Positions 1-8,412 are shown, numbered from the stretch's first letter. The stretch is DNA of 42,955 nt from Actinomycetes bacterium (GCA_023336875.1 JAMBLH010000023.1:1-42955); one strand, 5' to 3'. The notes: a model not told the origin generated them from the sequence alone. Translations and numbers: made by a program.

Positions 1-3
1 CAA

Positions 4-61
4 TCGACGTGAACCTATGCAGCGACCCGACAAAGCCGGATGCACCTCTCGCAGTTCGTGG
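4..61 (+). repeat. Direct repeat copy A (~58 nt); partner at 404-461
   Basis: tcgacgtgaacctatgcagcga...cctctcgcagttcgtgg aligns by eye with 404-461 tcggcgtgaacctacgcagcga...cctctggcagttggcgg at roughly 80% identity. Confidence 0.6.
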
Positions 62-72
62 ATTGAGGTTTA

Positions 73-151
73 GGGGGGACAGGAGACGAGCGTAGCGAGG
101 ATCTAGGGGGGAGCGCGAGCGGGAAAGCGCGGCGTTCCTTTCGAGCCCCCC
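73..151. repeat. Partial copy of the hairpin-terminated repeat family (see 163-373 and 33882-34063)
   Basis: ggggggacaggagacgagcgtagcgaggatctaggggggagcgcgagcgg aligns with 33894-33945 ggggggacggcagagcgaagcgatgcaggggggagtgcgagcctgcgagcgg. It ends in gagcccccc (143-151). Confidence 0.45.
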
Positions 152-162
152 AGTCTCTGATT

Positions 163-373
163 GTCCTCCCCTCGTGGGAGGACGGAAGGGCGACGAAGTC
201 GCTGTTCCGGAGGGGGCGCAGCCCGCATGCCCTCAACTTCACACTCCGGCAACTCAAGGCTCTGCACGTCAGAGAGCACTGCCTCCGACCAGAGGGTCCA
301 ACCGCGACGGGTTCGCAAGCCGGAGCCCGCTCCTAACTCGCTTCGCTCGTTGGTCCTCCCACAAGGGGAGGAC
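163..373. repeat. MITE/REP-like element with hairpin-forming terminal inverted repeats
   Basis: The left end gtcctccc-ctcgt-gggaggac (163-183) and right end gtcctccc-acaag-gggaggac (353-373) are each perfect 8-bp hairpins and are mutually inverted. The internal cgggttcgcaagcc and gcgaagcg motifs are shared with the 33882-34063 copy. No ORF. Confidence 0.6.
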
Positions 374-382
374 GACCAGATA

Positions 383-407
383 CCGAATTCGTGCACATCG
401 AATTCGG
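383..407. repeat. Perfect 9-bp inverted repeat hairpin
   Basis: ccgaattcg (383-391) and cgaattcgg (399-407) flank a 7-nt loop tgcacat. Confidence 0.5.
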
Positions 408-461
408 CGTGAACCTACGCAGCGAATGGACAATCACAGATACGCCTCTGGCAGTTGGCGG
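404..461 (+). repeat. Direct repeat copy B (partner of 4-61)
   Basis: See copy A. The two copies bracket the repeat elements at 73-373. Confidence 0.6.
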
Positions 462-522
462 AGAGAATGAGGAATGAAGCCGTGTTGCACACAGGAGGGA
501 CTGTTGATCTGTGGTAGGGTCG

Positions 523-538
523 TGTTTCACGTGAAACA
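523..538. promoter_or_regulatory. parS: parS centromere-like site (ParB binding)
   Basis: tgtttcacgtgaaaca is a perfect 16-bp palindrome matching the canonical parS consensus TGTTNCACGTGAAACA. It extends to an 18-bp palindrome at 522-539 and ends 3 nt before the rsmG ATG (542). Confidence 0.85.
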
Positions 539-541
539 CCT

Positions 542-1165
542 ATGAGCGATCAACACAGACTCGACAGAGTGGGTGAGTGGTTGGGAATCGAGTGGTCGAG
601 GGATCAGCGACGACTCCTGATGGTGTATCAGCAGTGGCTCCTGGATGAAGCCATGCGGGCGGGAGGGATCGGCGCGGGTGAGGCTCCACGGCTGTTTGAT
701 CGCCATATCGGAGATTCCCTAGCCTTCCTCCGGCTAATCGGCGAGGCCGCTTCGACGCTGATTGACGTGGGATCCGGTGTCGGTCTGCCCGCGATACCCA
801 TTGCCATAGCACGTCCGAACCTGGCGGTAACACTGGTCGACCGATCGGAGCGGCGTTCTGGACTCGCCGCTCGTGCATTGAGAATTCTCGGGCTTGGGAA
901 CGTGGACGTACGAACGATGGACATAGCCGATATCGACGACACCTTTGATATCACGACATTCCGTGCTTCGCTGAGGATCGAAGAGGCCGCAATGGCATAT
1001 CAGCGGCTTGGGACACAGGGCGGCAGTGGGATTTTCGCCTGGAGTAGACGGGAGCAACCTAAATCACCCCCTCCGCCCCCGGCTGATACTATCTTCAACC
1101 TTGTATCTGAGGGTGCGGGCGTATTTGATTCGCCTGCTTGGCTTCTCAGGATACAACGTAGTTGA
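542..1165 (+). CDS. rsmG: 16S rRNA (guanine527-N7)-methyltransferase RsmG/GidB
   Basis: 207-aa ORF with the SAM-binding motif IDVGSGVGLPAIPIAI. It sits directly upstream of parA-parB, the usual arrangement. Confidence 0.85.
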   Translation: MSDQHRLDRVGEWLGIEWSRDQRRLLMVYQQWLLDEAMRAGGIGAGEAPRLFDRHIGDSLAFLRLIGEAASTLIDVGSGVGLPAIPIAIARPNLAVTLVDRSERRSGLAARALRILGLGNVDVRTMDIADIDDTFDITTFRASLRIEEAAMAYQRLGTQGGSGIFAWSRREQPKSPPPPPADTIFNLVSEGAGVFDSPAWLLRIQRS

Positions 1166-1187
1166 CACACACAGGAGCTCACAAGCG

Positions 1188-1964
1188 ATGTCCTCAGCCA
1201 CAATAGTCGCCATCGCAAACCAGAAAGGTGGCGTTGGTAAATCAACAACGGCCATAAATCTGGGAGCAGGCCTTGCATTTCAAGGCGAACGAGTGCTTAT
1301 CGTCGATCTGGATCCCCAGGGCAACACGAGTTCGGGATTGGGGATCGACCGCTCGACTATCGAGATGTCGACGTACGACGTGCTCGTCGATGATGCAGCC
1401 GTCAGCGATGTCCTCGAACCCACGTCTGTACAAGGCCTTCATGTGCTTCCCGCAACAATCGAGCTAGCTGGCGCCGAGATCGAACTTGTGTCGATGTTCT
1501 CAAGGGAGCAACGATTGAAGAAGTCGCTCAAGGAGATTGGCGATGACTACGACTTTGTCCTAATCGATTGCCCTCCATCTCTTGGGCTGCTGACGATCAA
1601 TGGCCTTGCCGCGGCCGACGAGGTACTTATTCCGATCCAGTGTGAGTACTACGCACTTGAAGGAGTGAGCCAGCTGACGCGAAACATCGAATTGGTCACC
1701 GGGAACCTAAACCCTCAACTCAAGGTTGAAGGTGTTGTACTGACGATGTTCGATGGCCGCACGACCCTTGCTGCTGACGTCGTCGAACAGGTGAGGAGCC
1801 ATTTTGGCGATACGGCCTACAGAACGGTGATTCCCAGGACAGTACGCCTGTCCGAAGCGCCGTCCTATGGAGAACCGATCGAAGCATACGACGATATGTC
1901 ACGAGGAGCGATCGCCTACAGGGAGCTTTCGCGCGAGTTCAGGAGGCGCCATGGCCGCACGTAA
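1188..1964 (+). CDS. parA: Chromosome partitioning ATPase ParA/Soj
   Basis: ATG at 1188 preceded by AGGAG. Deviant Walker A NQKGGVGKSTT and typical ParA body. The long ORF from 1008 is an upstream extension without homology-like sequence. Confidence 0.92.
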   Translation: MSSATIVAIANQKGGVGKSTTAINLGAGLAFQGERVLIVDLDPQGNTSSGLGIDRSTIEMSTYDVLVDDAAVSDVLEPTSVQGLHVLPATIELAGAEIELVSMFSREQRLKKSLKEIGDDYDFVLIDCPPSLGLLTINGLAAADEVLIPIQCEYYALEGVSQLTRNIELVTGNLNPQLKVEGVVLTMFDGRTTLAADVVEQVRSHFGDTAYRTVIPRTVRLSEAPSYGEPIEAYDDMSRGAIAYRELSREFRRRHGRT

Positions 1965-2811
1965 GAGTGGACTGGGGAGGGGCCTTGATGCCCTGCTGCC
2001 CCAGGACAGACCGATCTCGGGCTATGCAGAGATCCCTACAGATGCTGTGGCGCCCAACCCCAAACAGCCGCGCGCAGAGTTCGACGCTGAGTCTCTGGAC
2101 GCTCTGGCGTCCTCGATCGAAGCGATTGGGCTGTTGCAGCCGATCGTGGTTCGCAAAGTGGCGGATGGGTACGTTCTGGTTGCAGGAGAGCGGCGACTCC
2201 GGGCGGTGAAACAGGTTGGCCTTGAGTCGATTACGGCCGTGATTCGCGACGAGGGGGATGACGAGGCGAATCTTACCGAGGCTCTCGTCGAGAACCTGCA
2301 GCGCGAAGATCTCAGCATTCTCGAGGAAGCTGCAGCCTATCAGCAGTTGCTGGAAGAATATGGAATGACTCATGATGGTGTGGCCAAACAGGTGGGGAAG
2401 AGCCGATCAACGGTTACGAACACGCTGCGTCTGTTGCAGCTTCCGACTGCAATACAGGCGATGCTCGTCGGGGGAGAACTTACCGCCGGCCATGCAAGAG
2501 CGCTCCTTGGATCAGAGGATGAGGCATATGCCGTACATATCGCCGAACGCGCCTCGGCCGAAGGATGGACGGTCCGGCGCGTGGAGGAGGCGATCAGGCT
2601 GCGGGCCACACAGGGGCAGACCTCGAGCACCCGCTCCAAAACCATTCGACCGGCTGCGATCATCGAACTCGAGGGGAGGCTTCAGGACAGGTTGGGTACC
2701 ACGGTGCGTATTGACTACCGTGGCAAAGGAGGAAAGATCATGATCAAGTACTCCTCGTCCGACGATCTGGAGCGCATCTACAGACACCTCTTCGCACCTG
2801 GACCCGAGTAG
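1951..2811 (+). CDS. parB: Chromosome partitioning protein ParB/Spo0J
   Basis: ATG at 1951 preceded by AGGAGG. GLGRGLDALL N-terminal motif, ParB box GERRLRA, HTH region. Overlaps the parA end by 14 nt. Confidence 0.92.
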   Translation: MAARKSGLGRGLDALLPQDRPISGYAEIPTDAVAPNPKQPRAEFDAESLDALASSIEAIGLLQPIVVRKVADGYVLVAGERRLRAVKQVGLESITAVIRDEGDDEANLTEALVENLQREDLSILEEAAAYQQLLEEYGMTHDGVAKQVGKSRSTVTNTLRLLQLPTAIQAMLVGGELTAGHARALLGSEDEAYAVHIAERASAEGWTVRRVEEAIRLRATQGQTSSTRSKTIRPAAIIELEGRLQDRLGTTVRIDYRGKGGKIMIKYSSSDDLERIYRHLFAPGPE

Positions 2812-2836
2812 GCCGGAAGTCTGTGGCCCGGTATCC

Positions 2837-3790
2837 CTAGCCCTCGAACATCGACGCGAGCGAGTTGGCCACGATGCGGCCCGTGCGACGATTCATGGAT
2901 CGGAGTGCAACGATCACCGCAGGAGATCGCGTTTCTTTCAGCATTGGGAGGGTCTTGCCCTGGGGTCTCACGCCGAGCCGTTCAGCGAGGCGTGTTGCAA
3001 TCTCAAGCCCGCCCTCGGATCGGGAATGCTCGGAATGAAAGTAGTACACACCCTCATCGCCGTCGCCGACGAGCAGAAATCCAACAACGACGTCCGTGTC
3101 GAGACGATTTGCTCGCTGGGCCCGCAATCGTGCAGGAGGCTCGGTATCGACACTTCGGCTTATTGTTGGAGCCGCACCCAGAAGCTGAAGTGCTCCAAAA
3201 GCCGCGGTTGTCGCGGTCCATGCCTCAAGCCCCTCGCGTAGGTCTCGGCATTCCGGATCGAGGTAGATACGCTGCCCGGCGATGCTGGTGGGCAATGAAG
3301 CGAGCCATTGACGCTCGCGAACTGCCTCACGACCTGGCTTCTGAGTTGCCATCTCCATTAACTGCAACTCTTCGCTGACGATTGCTCCAGAAATCCCATC
3401 TTCTGCCAGTTGGCGGTTGGCCTGGAAATCCAGGAGTCCCTTGAGCGTATCTGGTCCAAAGACACCGTCGACCTTGCCTGTGTCGAACCCGAGCGAGTTG
3501 AGAAGAGCCTGCAGCCGGGCAACGTCGTCGCCTCGCATCATCGGAACACGGTGGTAGAGAAGTCGGTCGCCCAGCCGGTACCCAGCATCCACGATGGCTC
3601 GCCAGGTATCGGGACCGACTATTCCGTCGACAGGGAGGCCCCTTTCGGTCTGGAACGCTGCAACGGCAGAAGCGGTTCCCTCTCCAAAGACACCCGGTTC
3701 GTCGGGGAGCACTGAATGGCTCAGCACCGTTAGTCGATCCTGAACGTCGCGAACCGGTTCGCCGCGATCTCCCCGGTGATAGAGCCGCAC
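2837..3790 (-). CDS. CwlM-like protein: two peptidoglycan-binding repeats plus an N-acetylmuramoyl-L-alanine amidase (Amidase_3-like) domain
   Basis: Two PG_binding_1-like repeats (VRDVQDRL...DGIVGPDTW and VARLQALL...DGVFGPDTL) precede an amidase-like C-terminal half. Its position next to trxA/trxB matches mycobacterial cwlM. GTG start. Confidence 0.75.
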   Translation of the reverse strand: MRLYHRGDRGEPVRDVQDRLTVLSHSVLPDEPGVFGEGTASAVAAFQTERGLPVDGIVGPDTWRAIVDAGYRLGDRLLYHRVPMMRGDDVARLQALLNSLGFDTGKVDGVFGPDTLKGLLDFQANRQLAEDGISGAIVSEELQLMEMATQKPGREAVRERQWLASLPTSIAGQRIYLDPECRDLREGLEAWTATTAAFGALQLLGAAPTISRSVDTEPPARLRAQRANRLDTDVVVGFLLVGDGDEGVYYFHSEHSRSEGGLEIATRLAERLGVRPQGKTLPMLKETRSPAVIVALRSMNRRTGRIVANSLASMFEG

Positions 3791-3805
3791 AAGTCCGAAT
3801 CGACG

Positions 3806-4132
3806 TTAATTCAGGAACTCGGAGAGTTCAGATGTGAGCTGGCCCTTGCTTCGAGCTCCGACGAACCGACGCTGCTCCTCGCCGTCCTTGAAGACGATGA
3901 GTGTCGGGATGCTCATCACACCATAGGAACTCATCGTCGTGGGGTTCTCGTCGACGTTGAGTTTGGCGACGGTCAGCTTGCCTGCATTCTCACCTGCAAG
4001 TTCGTCGAGCGGCCCGTCCATCATCTTGCATGGGCCGCACCATTCGGCCCAGAAGTCGACAAGAGTTGGCGTGTCTGAAGCGATCGTGGCAGCGAAATCT
4101 GCATCCGTGACTGTGGTTGTGTTCTCACCCAT
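3806..4132 (-). CDS. trxA: Thioredoxin
   Basis: WCGPC active site. ATG at 4132 preceded by AGGAGA. The ORF-track extension to 4228 has no thioredoxin-like sequence. Confidence 0.92.
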   Translation of the reverse strand: MGENTTTVTDADFAATIASDTPTLVDFWAEWCGPCKMMDGPLDELAGENAGKLTVAKLNVDENPTTMSSYGVMSIPTLIVFKDGEEQRRFVGARSKGQLTSELSEFLN

Positions 4133-4179
4133 TGTGTCTCCTGACTTTGAACCCGCAAGGGGCGGAGTTGATTGTGTTC

Positions 4180-5100
4180 CTAGGACTGTTCGTGCAGCCA
4201 GCGCTGTGCATCGAGTGCGGCTTGGCACCCCAACCCTGCTGCAGTGACGGCTTGGCGATAGACCTTGTCTGTTACATCTCCCGCAGCGAAGACGCCCTCG
4301 ACGGAGGTCGCCGTCGCGCCGGGCTCGGTAAGCACATAGCCATCCTCATCGAGGTCGATCTCACCCGCAAACACCTTTGTGTTGGGGGTGTGGCCGATGG
4401 CGACGAACACGCCGTCGGCTTCGAAGTCGGTGACTTCGTCCGTTTTGACGTTGCGGATCTTGGCGCCCGTCACGAGCGTGTCTCCGACGATTTCGACAAC
4501 GACGGAATCCCAGAGCACGTCGATCTTCGGATGTTCGAGAACACGATCAACCATGATGCGCGATGCTCTGAACTCGTCACGCCGATGCACCACAGTTACC
4601 TTTGAGGCGAACTTTGTGAGGAAGAGCGCTTCTTCCATTGCGGTGTCTCCTCCTCCCACGATGAGGAGTTCCTTGTCTCTGAAGAAGAACCCGTCACACG
4701 TGGCGCAAGCGGAGACGCCGAACCCCCTAAGCCTTTCCTCGCCCTCGACACCGAGCCAGCGTGCAGAGGCACCAGTTGAGATGATGATGCTCTGCGCGGA
4801 ATAGGTGTCCTGACCAACGGAAACCGTGAACGGCCTTTGGGAGAAATCGACGTCTGTTACGTCCGAACTGACGATTCGGGTACCGAACCGTTCCGCCTGC
4901 TTTCGCATCTGCTCCATAAGGTCCGGCCCCATGACACCGTCGGGGAAACCGGGATAATTCTCGACGTCGGTTGTGATCATGAGTTGCCCGCCGCGCTCCA
5001 TGCCTTCGATCATGAAGGGTTCGAGATCGGCGCGAGCTGCGTAGATGGCAGCGGTCAGACCCGCGGGTCCTGATCCAATGATGAGAACTGTTTCGGTCAT
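4180..5100 (-). CDS. trxB: Thioredoxin-disulfide reductase
   Basis: GSGPAG FAD motif, redox-active CATCDG, 306 aa, AGGAG upstream. Confidence 0.93.
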   Translation of the reverse strand: MTETVLIIGSGPAGLTAAIYAARADLEPFMIEGMERGGQLMITTDVENYPGFPDGVMGPDLMEQMRKQAERFGTRIVSSDVTDVDFSQRPFTVSVGQDTYSAQSIIISTGASARWLGVEGEERLRGFGVSACATCDGFFFRDKELLIVGGGDTAMEEALFLTKFASKVTVVHRRDEFRASRIMVDRVLEHPKIDVLWDSVVVEIVGDTLVTGAKIRNVKTDEVTDFEADGVFVAIGHTPNTKVFAGEIDLDEDGYVLTEPGATATSVEGVFAAGDVTDKVYRQAVTAAGLGCQAALDAQRWLHEQS

Positions 5101-5105
5101 GCGAA

Positions 5106-5411
5106 CTACTCCTGCTGTGCTGATCTGTCCTGGGGATACCGCCGAGACCAGACAAAGGCACCCACCAGTATCAGGATCAGACCCACCACGGCGTAGGCGG
5201 TTTCCGTACCCATCAGCGCCCCAAGCGCACGGAATATTCCCACGAGGAGCCAGACAACTGCGGTGACGCCCGCTATAAACGCTATCACGCCGACAGCGGC
5301 CCAGGTGACTGCGACGGCGGCCCGATCGACCGTCATTTCTCTGATCTTCGTGGCGAGTTGCTCAAGACCGTCCGCAACGCGGACAGGGATCGATGGGTTT
5401 TGTTCAGGCAT
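5106..5411 (-). CDS. Small membrane protein (2-3 predicted TM helices)
   Basis: The hydrophobic stretches AAVAVTWAAVGVIAFIAGVTAVVWLLVGIF and YAVVGLILILVGAFVW follow an amphipathic N-terminus. Likely start is ATG 5411 (or 5420). The Arg/Pro-rich upstream part of the 181-aa ORF looks non-coding. Confidence 0.5.
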   Translation of the reverse strand: MPEQNPSIPVRVADGLEQLATKIREMTVDRAAVAVTWAAVGVIAFIAGVTAVVWLLVGIFRALGALMGTETAYAVVGLILILVGAFVWSRRYPQDRSAQQE

Positions 5412-5496
5412 AGTGAGCATGAGCCTAGTGGTCTGTCGCAGAATTGGATGCCGTGTCTCTCCGGTCCTCGACGCCCCTGGCGGCGTCCTCCGCCTT

Positions 5497-5516
5497 GGCG
5501 CAGTCCAGACTGCGCC
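5497..5516. terminator. Palindromic hairpin between the anti-sigma gene and the membrane-protein gene
   Basis: ggcgcagt-ccag-actgcgcc is a perfect 8-bp stem with no U-tract. Confidence 0.3.
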
Positions 5517-5610
5517 TGCGTTGTGCGTCCTTGCCAGGAACGCCGATGCCACGTAGACACCCAGACACCAGTCCAGCGACAGACCACCAGTAGCCCGCCG
5601 AGATCGTCGT

Positions 5611-6459
5611 TCAGCCCTGGGGTGCGTGTTCGACCAGTTCGCAGGAATCAAGCACGAAGCTCATTCCGTCTTCAACACCGTCGCCGAAATCGAATCCGAC
5701 ATGGACTGTTGTTTGTTCCCCCTCGACATCTGCGCCGATCACGAGAACTTCGAGAATCTCATCGGGAAGTTCAGTAGAGAGTTCGTTGAGGCACGCATTG
5801 ACTTCGTCCGAACTCAGGTCCACGCGAGACTTGAAGCTCAGATTGGACATCTGACGCTGAACGCTTTCGACACTATCGGCGCCATCAGCCTGGTTCAGGA
5901 GTTCGTCGAGTCCAAAGGAGTCCGTTTCATATACCGACACAGGACCCTCAATGGGAGGAGGGGGTACAGCGGCACTGTCGAATTCGGCTCCTCCAGAATC
6001 CTCTGCGGAGGCGGATGCGGCAGCGGTTGTTTGAGGAGCTGATTCGGCGACCTGCGAGCTTTCTGCAGAGGCATCATCGAGCTGCATGCTGACTTCCTGG
6101 AATGAATCCTGCTGGGAGCCGGGGAAGACCACGAACGCGAACACCACTACAGCAGCGGTTGCCATTCCGAACGCTGGCACCCACCATCGGGACTTCGTCT
6201 TGGGTGCCACTGCCGCGGGTGACGCGACTGGCAGGAGTCCGAGCTGTGTGGTGAGGTTCATGCGAAGCGTTGAACGTTCGGCCGCGTTCATCACGGGGGG
6301 TGGGGCCGACTGAAGGAATTCGAGAGCGACAACCTGCTCAGCGTACTCGGCGGCGAGTTCGGGGTCGGCCTCGATACGCGCCGCGGCTTCCCCAGCAGCT
6401 GTTGCGCTGAGGTTGCCCTGTGCAAGCGCAATGATGAGGTCGCGGTCTTTGTCGTTCAT
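5611..6459 (-). CDS. Anti-sigma factor (single-pass membrane protein)
   Basis: Its start overlaps the sigma-factor stop by 4 nt (ATGA). One TM helix (WWVPAFGMATAAVVVFAFVVF) and an acidic extracytoplasmic domain. The position matches the anti-SigM locus of mycobacteria. Confidence 0.6.
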   Translation of the reverse strand: MNDKDRDLIIALAQGNLSATAAGEAAARIEADPELAAEYAEQVVALEFLQSAPPPVMNAAERSTLRMNLTTQLGLLPVASPAAVAPKTKSRWWVPAFGMATAAVVVFAFVVFPGSQQDSFQEVSMQLDDASAESSQVAESAPQTTAAASASAEDSGGAEFDSAAVPPPPIEGPVSVYETDSFGLDELLNQADGADSVESVQRQMSNLSFKSRVDLSSDEVNACLNELSTELPDEILEVLVIGADVEGEQTTVHVGFDFGDGVEDGMSFVLDSCELVEHAPQG

Positions 6460-7040
6460 GTTTCTCCAGTGTCTCCCTTTGGATGCTCAGGTGGGGGCCT
6501 GAGGTTCCCGAGACTTTGAGCAAGTTGCTTTCGAGCTCGGAAGAGCCGACTCTTGATAGTCCCTGTCGGTACATCGAGGGTATCGCTGGCCTGCTCTAGC
6601 GACATGCCCTGAAGATCGACCAGCACGACGGCTGCTCGGAATTCAGGGATCAGTTTTTGGAGCGCAACCTCGATATCGGAACGAACGTCGACGGCGTTGA
6701 AGGGGTCCATTGCCTGGGGATCGGCAGGGTCGTGTGTGTCTGGAAGTTGATCCGCTCTCTTACGTTTCTCGCGACGAAGATGGTCATAGCAGGTGTTCAC
6801 CGTCACCCGGTGGAGCCAGGTCGAGAACGCAGCCTGCGCCTTGTACTTGTCAGCTTTGCGAAACACGGTGAGGAACGTGTCCTGTGTGGCGTCGAGGGCT
6901 GCCTCACGGTTCCGAAGCATGCGGAGGCAGATCGCAAACACACGGTCCTCGTGTGCTGCGACCAACTCGTTGAATGCATCGATGTCCCCAGCGAGGTACT
7001 GGTCGATGAGCTCGATGTCTTGATCGGCACGGTCAGTCAT
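6456..7040 (-). CDS. ECF (sigma-70 family) RNA polymerase sigma factor
   Basis: Region 2 (FNELVAAHEDRVFAICLRML...DATQDTFL) and region 4 (MSLEQASDTLDVPTGTIKSRLFRARKQL). ATG 7040 is preferred; a GTG at 7067 is also possible. Confidence 0.85.
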   Translation of the reverse strand: MTDRADQDIELIDQYLAGDIDAFNELVAAHEDRVFAICLRMLRNREAALDATQDTFLTVFRKADKYKAQAAFSTWLHRVTVNTCYDHLRREKRKRADQLPDTHDPADPQAMDPFNAVDVRSDIEVALQKLIPEFRAAVVLVDLQGMSLEQASDTLDVPTGTIKSRLFRARKQLAQSLGNLRPPPEHPKGDTGET

Positions 7041-7046
7041 GTGGAG

Positions 7047-7116
7047 ACGACAGTAGACACACGACACACGACATACGACAACGGTCTCCGATCGTGTGCA
7101 GTATGTTGTGTGTCGA
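7047..7116. repeat. Tandem heptad repeats (acacgac x3) forming an imperfect hairpin with gtgtgtc-rich sequence
   Basis: gacacacgacacacgacatacgac (left arm) and gatcgtgtgcagtatgttgtgtgtcga (right arm). It lies between the pseudokinase stop and the sigma-factor start. The motif cgacatacgac recurs at 18264-18274. Confidence 0.4.
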
Positions 7117-7118
7117 TT

Positions 7119-8408
7119 TCAAGGCGCAAAGCGGATGTCGGTGATGCGGGTCTGATAGGAGCCGTCCGGTCGTTCAGGTAGGTTCGTGAGCCAGAGGAGC
7201 CAGAATCCGCCGCCACGAATGGGTAGCTGAATGCGGGACTCAGCGAGAAGCAACGTGCCTCGCGCAATGTGTTCCCACTCCGCCGGGTCCTCGGGGGCGG
7301 AGGCTGCCCAGGCAATGGCGAATGTCGTACCGGGGGAGCCGCTGATGTACACGGTCTCGGGCGTGCCCTGGAGATCGAACACCAGACCGACACCGTCCTT
7401 CACCTCGCTGAGCTGTCTCGAGTAGGCCTCGGTCTCCCATGCTGTTGACCGATCACCGTCTATCGCATTCGGGATCGTGTCATCTCCCTCCGTTCCGTCA
7501 CCGAGAGGGTCATACACGGTGACGGTTGCGGGTAGACGCGTGGCATCATCGGTTTGATCGGTGACCTGGGGCGGAACGGTTGTCGTGGACGTTGTGGGCT
7601 TGGCTGAGATCGGATAGAGCACGGGCGAATTCGGATCGAAGTTGGCGGCGAGTCCTACCGCGGCGACGAGCGAAATGAGGAGAACTATTGCACCGAAGAG
7701 TGCGAGCGTTCGCCAGGGGCGAATCGGGACCCCCTGAGCCGCTGCAACGTGAGGAGCAGCCTGAAGAGACCGCGCCAGTGCAGCTGCATCCAGCGTGCCA
7801 TCGATCCCACCCCTCAGCGCCTCGTCCACCCCGGGGGCAATGCCGTCGATCACATCTGAGGGGAACACGGTCGTGTCGTTGGTGCCGGTGATCGCGGCTC
7901 GGAGCACCTCGGCGAGAGCCGTGGTGTCGCTAGCAGGATCTGACCAACGTTGGTTCCTACCGAACGCTCCGAGCTTGACAGGATGGGCCGCCGAGAAGTG
8001 GATGGATGAAGTGTCGATGGCACCGTGGACACCGCCGAGATCGTGAAACTTTGAGAGGGCGAGGCAGAGCCCCGAGGCGTTCGGCAGGAACTCGTCGACT
8101 GGAATCGCTTCATCCGCACGAAGCCTGTCGGCGATCGTGACACCGCCATCCCACTCCGACACTGAGTATGCCGAAGCGGTCGTTTCTGCGGCAGCGAACA
8201 CCTTCTGAAGGTGGATGTCATTGAGTGCGGCAGCAGAGCGAACGCTCTCGAGAAACACAACGTGACGCTCCGGTGACGACTCGGGGGCCAGATATCTGAT
8301 AAGCACAGGTCGATCAAGCGACTCGTCCTGTCCAAACCACTCTTCTATATCCCCGTCGCTACCCAGGCGGATGTTGAGTCGATATCGATCGGGGAGCCTG
8401 GGAGGCAC
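7119..8408 (-). CDS. Membrane-anchored pseudokinase with extracellular discoidin/F5-8-C-like domain (MviN C-terminal-like)
   Basis: Kinase-like fold with catalytic residues replaced: VLIRYL instead of VAIK, VHGAIDTSS instead of HRDxKxxN, LGAFG instead of DFG. One TM (ALFGAIVLLISLVAAVGLA). C-terminal NAIDGDRSTAWETEAY motif. Confidence 0.7.
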   Translation of the reverse strand: MPPRLPDRYRLNIRLGSDGDIEEWFGQDESLDRPVLIRYLAPESSPERHVVFLESVRSAAALNDIHLQKVFAAAETTASAYSVSEWDGGVTIADRLRADEAIPVDEFLPNASGLCLALSKFHDLGGVHGAIDTSSIHFSAAHPVKLGAFGRNQRWSDPASDTTALAEVLRAAITGTNDTTVFPSDVIDGIAPGVDEALRGGIDGTLDAAALARSLQAAPHVAAAQGVPIRPWRTLALFGAIVLLISLVAAVGLAANFDPNSPVLYPISAKPTTSTTTVPPQVTDQTDDATRLPATVTVYDPLGDGTEGDDTIPNAIDGDRSTAWETEAYSRQLSEVKDGVGLVFDLQGTPETVYISGSPGTTFAIAWAASAPEDPAEWEHIARGTLLLAESRIQLPIRGGGFWLLWLTNLPERPDGSYQTRITDIRFAP

Positions 8409-8412
8409 GGAC

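Noticed and set aside
73-373. Repeat cluster as a CRISPR array
   Set aside because: The repeats are not regularly spaced short direct repeats with unique spacers. They are inverted, hairpin-ended units of unequal length, and no cas genes are in the window.
15-470. ORFs of 80-98 aa on both strands in the first 500 bp
   Set aside because: The translations are Arg/Ser/Pro/Gly-rich low-complexity strings that overlap each other and coincide with repeat and hairpin DNA. There are no start-site signals.
5421-5610. Extension of the small membrane protein ORF back to 5651 (181 aa)
   Set aside because: The added N-terminal 77-80 residues are Arg/Pro/Thr-rich and would overlap the anti-sigma gene end. 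The internal ATGs at 5420 and 5411 give a compact hydrophobic protein.
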